DNA of 64,000 nucleotides from an uncultured Gammaproteobacteria bacterium (GTDB lineage Bacteria; Pseudomonadota; Gammaproteobacteria; JABCZS01): NCBI GenBank assembly GCA_964443025.1, contig CAYUEL010000002.1, positions 2,916 to 66,915 of the forward strand, read 5' to 3'. Shown piece by piece: positions 58,743 to 64,000 of this stretch (position 1 is its first letter; each line of letters starts with the position of its first letter). The notes under the pieces were generated by a model. It saw only the letters and a program-made list of their open reading frames with translations, ran no database searches and was not told where the DNA came from. The position numbers and the translations under genes were made by a program.

Positions 58743-58835
58743 GTAACAGGATGATATCAATTTGATATCTTTTTTATATCTATTTGATATCAGGCAAATA
58801 AAAGTGATATCAATCAGCATTGATACAAGATATCA
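58743..58835. promoter_or_regulatory. Array of three (G)ATATC-N5-GATATC palindromic elements including a 16-bp inverted repeat (58766-58781 / 58819-58834); candidate oriT / transfer-operon operator
   Basis: Six GATATC hexamers lie within 93 bp, arranged as GATATCaatttGATATC, ATATCtatttGATATC and GATATCaaataGATATC. The array is 200 bp upstream of the mobC-like gene. Confidence 0.5.
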
Positions 58836-59035
58836 AATAGATATCTTTTTAAATAATAAATTTTAGGTTTCAAGAGGTTATACGGTTAGATCATTTTTTA
58901 AAATACGTGTCATGAAAATTTATTCTGATATCACCTGACACACCTTGGGCGTGGATTTTTTTCATAAAAATTTTAATGAGTGGCGCACTCATGCGCCAGT
59001 TTTTTATTTACCCTACCTTCATGAGAGGAAATATC

Positions 59036-59425
59036 ATGAAACGTGAACCCATTTTATTAAGACTTAGCCTATCTGAATATGAAAAAATTAAAAGCTACGG
59101 GAAAAAACACCGCCTGACAGTCACTCAAGTCATTCGCGATTTAATTAACGGGAGTCGTTGTTTTTGCCATCAACCTCATGCGTCTTCCTTATTCATGGGA
59201 AACACAGCACATCCTTTCGACGGTTGGGCCGATTTCTTATCCGATTATCAAAAAAACTCCACGCAGTGCCTTAAGTTCACTTTTGAAACATTAACTTTAC
59301 TGCGTCTGATGCTGGAAACGACGCACCCCAATTACATTGAAAAAGCAAAGCATATTCGCACACGTCGATTTGATTTGCGTGCGGACGAAAATGATATTCG
59401 ACAAGATAATACGGAGGAAAACTGA
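59036..59425 (+). CDS. mobC: MobC-like relaxosome accessory protein (ribbon-helix-helix)
   Basis: KREPILLRLSLSEYEKIKSYGKKHRLTVTQVIRDLI fits the MobC family pattern. ATG 59036 with GAGAGGA 6 nt upstream; the ORF track starts at 58976. The stop overlaps the start of the coupling-protein gene. Confidence 0.55.
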   Translation: MKREPILLRLSLSEYEKIKSYGKKHRLTVTQVIRDLINGSRCFCHQPHASSLFMGNTAHPFDGWADFLSDYQKNSTQCLKFTFETLTLLRLMLETTHPNYIEKAKHIRTRRFDLRADENDIRQDNTEEN

Positions 59426-61275
59426 TGCGTTATTTTATTCGCGGCGGTGAAATTATCATTCATCAAATCCTCATGTGGGCGCAGGTGGTTATAAAGCTCA
59501 CGATCGCTCTTTTATTAGTTTATGCCCTCGTGCTAGCGGGCATGTTTTTATTTAAGACCCAGGGCTTTGAACGTCATCTTGTCTGGCAGTATTGGTTAGC
59601 CCAATCTTTTTTACCTGCGGATGCAATGCTTGTCGTTGAGTGGGCTAATGGGGATACCTATTCAGTCCGTGCGGATACTTTCTTGGCCAGCATTGACGTC
59701 AATCACACCGTCATGCGTGTTTGGCATACGTTTGCGATTTTAGCGCGTAAATTGGCCTGGTGGTTCACGGGGCTATATGTTGTTTGCATTGGATTGCTTG
59801 CATTCAAAGGCTTTCTGCAATCACGTTCTCAATTCATTCGAGGGTCGCGATTGATATCGGCTGCAATCTTAAAATGGCATTTAAAATCGCGCTTTCAAGC
59901 TTCTCCCATTACTTTGGGTGGCGTACCATTGGTTCAAGCCATTAGACGTCACCATGTTTTGCTCATTGGAGCAACGGGGAGCGGTAAAACACAAGGTATT
60001 TTAGAGCTGCTGGAAGGATTTCGCAAAGAAAACTACAAAGTCATCGTGCTGGACCCAGAATGTACCGCTGTTAAATATTTTTACCGCGATACCCATGACA
60101 TCATTATTAACCCTATGGATATGCGCGCCAATTATTGGGACTTTTGGAAAGATGCGCGCAATGAATCGCAACTTGAATACATCGCAGCCGCGCTGGTACC
60201 TGAGCCTAAAAGCGGTGCTGACCCTTTCTGGAATCATGCGGCGCGCGTTTTATTTTTAGAAACAGCAAAAGTGGTCCTTAAAGAGCGCGCTGAACATACG
60301 CGTGACGAAGCAAGCAAACCAGGCATTCAACGTTTGTTATCGCTACTCACCACGGCCGATTTAAAAATCTTAGAAAATGCCTTAAAAGGAACGATTGCAG
60401 AATCACTGGTCAGCCGTGATGCCGAAAAATTGGCTTTAAGTGTTAAATCAACCCTTTCTGCTTATTTACGATGCCTTGAATTAATCAAGGATACTCATCC
60501 TGATTTCTCTATCCGTGATTGGGTGCATGATTCCAATGATTCGTGGCTATTCATTACTTCGCGCGAAGATATGCACGAAACCTTTAAGCCTTTGTTATCG
60601 GTCATATTGGATGTCGTTGCCAATGAATTACTGACGTTAGATGAAAACCCGCAGCGTAAAATTGCTTTGGTCATTGATGAGGAAGCCAGCCTTAACCCAT
60701 CACGCTCTTTACAAGAAATACGAGCCAGAGGCAGTAAACGCGGCGTACAAGTTGTCTCCGGCTATCAAACCCCCGCTCAAGCCGTAGCATTATCCGGCGC
60801 AGCGAGTGCTCAAGCTTTATTCTCGATGTATGGGACACGCGTGTATTTTACTTGCAATGATGCGGAGAGTGCAAAACAAGCCTCGCATGACTTAGGGCAA
60901 CAAGAAATTTTAGAAGTCCACGAAAGTGTATCGCTGGGTGCTAATCCTATTCGTGACGGTATCAGCATGACGCGTCAACGTCGAATAATTGACTTGGTCA
61001 TGAGCGATGAAATCATGAACCTGCCACCCCGTAAAGCATACATGCGATTCTCTGGTAATTACCCTATCGCTCAAATTGAAGTCCCTGTTTGCTCATTGCC
61101 CAAACGCGCACTGGGATTCATCGCAAAAGCAGAAGAAAATAATACTCTACCCAGCCCCGCGCCATCACACGATAGCAATGAACATAACAACGATGATGTT
61201 ACGCGCAAAACAGATGAAACATCGGAAGAGGCAGGAAGAGATAAAGAAGACGAATACGTGAATGAACGGTTTTAG
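59425..61275 (+). CDS. Type IV secretion coupling protein (TraD/TrwB/VirD4-family ATPase)
   Basis: N-terminal TM helices. Walker A LLIGATGSGKTQ and Walker B-like VIDEEASL. The C-terminal tail is acidic. Confidence 0.85.
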   Translation: MRYFIRGGEIIIHQILMWAQVVIKLTIALLLVYALVLAGMFLFKTQGFERHLVWQYWLAQSFLPADAMLVVEWANGDTYSVRADTFLASIDVNHTVMRVWHTFAILARKLAWWFTGLYVVCIGLLAFKGFLQSRSQFIRGSRLISAAILKWHLKSRFQASPITLGGVPLVQAIRRHHVLLIGATGSGKTQGILELLEGFRKENYKVIVLDPECTAVKYFYRDTHDIIINPMDMRANYWDFWKDARNESQLEYIAAALVPEPKSGADPFWNHAARVLFLETAKVVLKERAEHTRDEASKPGIQRLLSLLTTADLKILENALKGTIAESLVSRDAEKLALSVKSTLSAYLRCLELIKDTHPDFSIRDWVHDSNDSWLFITSREDMHETFKPLLSVILDVVANELLTLDENPQRKIALVIDEEASLNPSRSLQEIRARGSKRGVQVVSGYQTPAQAVALSGAASAQALFSMYGTRVYFTCNDAESAKQASHDLGQQEILEVHESVSLGANPIRDGISMTRQRRIIDLVMSDEIMNLPPRKAYMRFSGNYPIAQIEVPVCSLPKRALGFIAKAEENNTLPSPAPSHDSNEHNNDDVTRKTDETSEEAGRDKEDEYVNERF

Positions 61276-61284
61276 GAAGGAATC

Positions 61285-64000
61285 ATGCTCTCGCTTAAAA
61301 ATTTAACGAATGCAAGTGATGCGCTGGGTTATTACCAACAGGTGCTCGATTATTACGCGGGCAGTGGTGAATATGCTGTTCAAATGAAGTGGCAAGGCAA
61401 AGTGCTTCATGCACTTTTTGGTGATAAAAAACCCACATTAAATGATTTTAAAAACTTGCTGGATGGAAAATTACCCAGCGGACAACAGCTTGGGCGCATT
61501 GAGAACGGAAAAACCCATCACCGCCCCGGTATCGACTTAACCTTCTCGGCGCCCAAGTCTCTTTCTATTTTAGCACTGATTTATGGTGACAAGAATATTC
61601 TTAATGCACACATCACGGCAGTGACACGCAGCTTGAAATGGCTTGAAAATAATATTTTGCAAACCCGGGTTAACGGTGAACCTAGCCCTGCGGATAGAGT
61701 GGCATTTGTGAAGTTTTTAGAGTTTTTCTCGCGTGAACTGGACCCGCAAATTCATACCCATTGTGTGTTATTGAACCTTTGCCAAAGCCTCCAAGATGAT
61801 AAAATACGCTCTATTTTTTCCGATTCAGTGTTTCAAAACAAAATGCTGGTAGGGCTTATTTACCGAAGTTTTCTAGCCATTGAAATTCAAAAACTGGGTT
61901 ATGAAATTGAAATTACCAGTGATAAAGGCACCTTTGAAATTAAAGGAGTACCTAAGTCCCTCATCGATTTATTCTCAAAGCGCAGCGCACAAATTGATGC
62001 ACAAGCCTTGGCATTGGGCCGTGAAGATGCAAAATTTAAAGCCCTGTTAAATTTAACCACCCGAAAAAACAAAATCCCTGAAACAGCCATCGATAAACAA
62101 ATTGAACAATGGAAAGCGCAAATAATCGAGCTTTCTAAAAATCTAGATGTGGGCCTTGATAAAGGGTTTGAGCAATTTAAAATCAATCACAAGTTTCGTC
62201 TTCGCGACAGTAAACTCATTAGTGGCGAAGCCATTCAAGCCGGCATTGCAAAGCTTGATGAATTTAAACGCATGACCACCAAACAAGAAATCATTTATGA
62301 AGCGACCCGTTTATCGTTAGGGTCTGTATTACCTAAAGCCATTGAAGCGGCCTTTGAGCGTGCACTAGGTTCAAGGCTTATTTTGCCTATCCAGCAAAAC
62401 GAACAGGAACGCAACCAACATCAGCAATACTACATGTCCGCTCACAATGCAACGCTGGGCCAGGCACTGCAAATGAATGCTAAACAAAACCATATAGCAT
62501 CGCTACGCTCAAACTTAATCAGTCTTATCGCAAGTCGATGGATTCTCTCCAAAGATTTGCAACACACAGCTGATAACAGCGTTTATAAAAGCTTGATTGA
62601 TTTTGCATTCAGCGCTTCGCGCGAAATGGTGGTCGATAACCTTTGTCCCAAAGTCGATAAAGTCTTTTTGGAACGCGCAAAAAACTTTGCTTCATTCTTG
62701 GGTGCTCATCTGTTTCATGTGAGCGTATCCGGTGTCGATAGAAAAATCTGCACGCAAGCTGGACTCAAGAGCTGGAGTTTAGATTACCTTCACAAAGCCG
62801 TGATTAAACCTGGCAGTCTTTTGGTAGTGCACGGCAGTGAAAAGCTTTTATACGCCCAGATGCGCGATATCAGCGAAATTGCCAAAACCCATCAATGCAA
62901 AATCATATGGGCTAATGATAAAAATATCCATGCTCTGGACAGAAGACTTTCTGCCGTTGAATTAGTCGCACCTTTTCTGCCGCGGACCAGCTTTGAAGTG
63001 GGCACATCACATCGCTTATCGTACGATTATACGGTGGTGGGTGCGAAAGCTTTACAATTAACCAGTTTACCCAGTGATAATTTTATTCAAGCCTTTGCCA
63101 AGCAGTATGCTTACCAAGAAAATTCGCCACTGTTATCTTACCAAAAAGACACCGTGAATTTAGCGGTGCGTGAGCATCTGGTTCAAAACAATACTTTGCG
63201 TGATGAGGCCATGACCGTCAAAACACACGTGCATCAGTATTTAAGTTTAGCCCAAATGAAGCGCCCTACCGCTTATCAGGTGGGCGATGTGATTCGTTTG
63301 AAAACATTAGCGCGTGCTGGAATTCAAGAATCATCAAAGGCAGAAGTTACGTTCAACTCTTTACGTAAAAATAAAACACCCACCTATTCGGCTAACGATC
63401 ACTTTAGCATCACAGCAATTCAGGGCAGTGTGTTAACACTCGTACACAGTCAACATCATACGCAGCATACATTGAACGTGGAAGATATCACCCACTTTCG
63501 CGATCTAGCGGTGTTCACGCAGCGCTCGATCGCTATTACGGTGGGTGATAAACTTATTTTACCGGCCTTTGATATTTATGGCAAACCTTACCAAAATCAA
63601 ATGGGCATCATCAGCGCTCTCGATCGCAAAGCCATCACCCTAAAGTTACCTCATGTGAAAAAACCGTTTATACTGCATTTAGAAGATAAACAAGGACTAT
63701 CACGCACAATCTATGCCGATTACGGTTATTGTGTGCATCCATCCGCGCGCATACCGCACCTAAATCATGCGCATCTTGATTGCCGCGCTGTTCACAGCAT
63801 TAATGCACTACGTGTGTTAAGTGGCATGAATGCAAAAGTCACTCTTTATACCGATAGCCCGCAAGGGGTAATGCGCGCATTAGAATCCATTAAACCTGAA
63901 ATGCAACCCATCACTGCGTTAACTTCGTTTCAAAACTCCGCTCTTGATTCAAACACGGTACTCTCTAAACACATTCCTGATACTGATTTAAAAGCCACTG
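61285..64000 (+). CDS. MobF-family conjugative relaxase/helicase (TrwC/TraI-like), 3'-truncated by window end
   Basis: It is not in the ORF track because no stop is reached. ATG 61285 with AGGAAGG upstream. Tandem catalytic Tyr pairs (GYYQQVLDYYAG), GIDLTFSAPKSLS and HTHCVLLN (HxH metal site) align with the TrwC N-terminus. The frame stays open to 64000. Confidence 0.85.
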   Translation, partial: MLSLKNLTNASDALGYYQQVLDYYAGSGEYAVQMKWQGKVLHALFGDKKPTLNDFKNLLDGKLPSGQQLGRIENGKTHHRPGIDLTFSAPKSLSILALIYGDKNILNAHITAVTRSLKWLENNILQTRVNGEPSPADRVAFVKFLEFFSRELDPQIHTHCVLLNLCQSLQDDKIRSIFSDSVFQNKMLVGLIYRSFLAIEIQKLGYEIEITSDKGTFEIKGVPKSLIDLFSKRSAQIDAQALALGREDAKFKALLNLTTRKNKIPETAIDKQIEQWKAQIIELSKNLDVGLDKGFEQFKINHKFRLRDSKLISGEAIQAGIAKLDEFKRMTTKQEIIYEATRLSLGSVLPKAIEAAFERALGSRLILPIQQNEQERNQHQQYYMSAHNATLGQALQMNAKQNHIASLRSNLISLIASRWILSKDLQHTADNSVYKSLIDFAFSASREMVVDNLCPKVDKVFLERAKNFASFLGAHLFHVSVSGVDRKICTQAGLKSWSLDYLHKAVIKPGSLLVVHGSEKLLYAQMRDISEIAKTHQCKIIWANDKNIHALDRRLSAVELVAPFLPRTSFEVGTSHRLSYDYTVVGAKALQLTSLPSDNFIQAFAKQYAYQENSPLLSYQKDTVNLAVREHLVQNNTLRDEAMTVKTHVHQYLSLAQMKRPTAYQVGDVIRLKTLARAGIQESSKAEVTFNSLRKNKTPTYSANDHFSITAIQGSVLTLVHSQHHTQHTLNVEDITHFRDLAVFTQRSIAITVGDKLILPAFDIYGKPYQNQMGIISALDRKAITLKLPHVKKPFILHLEDKQGLSRTIYADYGYCVHPSARIPHLNHAHLDCRAVHSINALRVLSGMNAKVTLYTDSPQGVMRALESIKPEMQPITALTSFQNSALDSNTVLSKHIPDTDLKAT

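Noticed and set aside
61899-62186. 95-aa minus-strand ORF
   Set aside because: It lies inside the open TrwC-like relaxase reading frame, which has strong motif support and is absent from the ORF track only because it lacks a stop in the window.
1-64000. CRISPR arrays, rRNA and tRNA genes
   Set aside because: No short regularly spaced repeats, no rRNA-like conserved blocks and no tRNA-like T-loop signatures were found in intergenic regions on inspection.

Overview
The window looks like low-GC gammaproteobacterial DNA, with Legionella-like composition and K/N/I-rich proteins, but the organism is inferred and not verified. Most of it (about 2.6–49.7 kb) is one large trans-AT polyketide synthase (PKS) biosynthetic gene cluster. 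The main operon is on the minus strand. It starts with a complete type-I methionine aminopeptidase gene, followed only 8 nt later by PKS megasynthase 1 (4110 aa), which begins with a Cys-to-Ser KS. Megasynthase 2 (4941 aa) follows and contains a 1.64-kb perfect internal direct repeat of one KS. The operon continues with a luciferase-like monooxygenase, a terminal KS0–flavin monooxygenase–ACP–TE module, a trans-acting AT–enoyl reductase and an ABC exporter. Further along sits an accessory block with an Sfp-type PPTase, a second free-standing AT or acyl-hydrolase, a full beta-branching cassette (donor ACP, decarboxylating KS-S, HMG-CoA synthase homolog, two enoyl-CoA hydratases) and two tandem cytochrome P450s. 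Upstream on the same strand are a 1070-aa AT-rich protein with an embedded CCA/poly(A)-polymerase nucleotidyltransferase core and a second methionine aminopeptidase paralog. Two methionine aminopeptidase genes wired into the cluster operons suggest target-duplication self-resistance. On that reading the unknown polyketide could be a methionine aminopeptidase inhibitor; this is inference. The 3' part of the window (55.5–64 kb) is mobile-element backbone. It carries a Phd/VapC toxin–antitoxin pair preceded by a perfect palindromic operator, an ArdA-like antirestriction gene and small unknown genes. A putative oriT/operator region follows, with three GATATC-N5-GATATC palindromes and an 11-bp triple direct repeat. 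After that come a MobC-like gene, a TraD/TrwB-type coupling ATPase and a TrwC/TraI (MobF) relaxase that runs off the window end. The 5' end has a cytoplasmic PAS sensor histidine kinase and a hypothetical gene. No rRNA, tRNA or CRISPR were seen.
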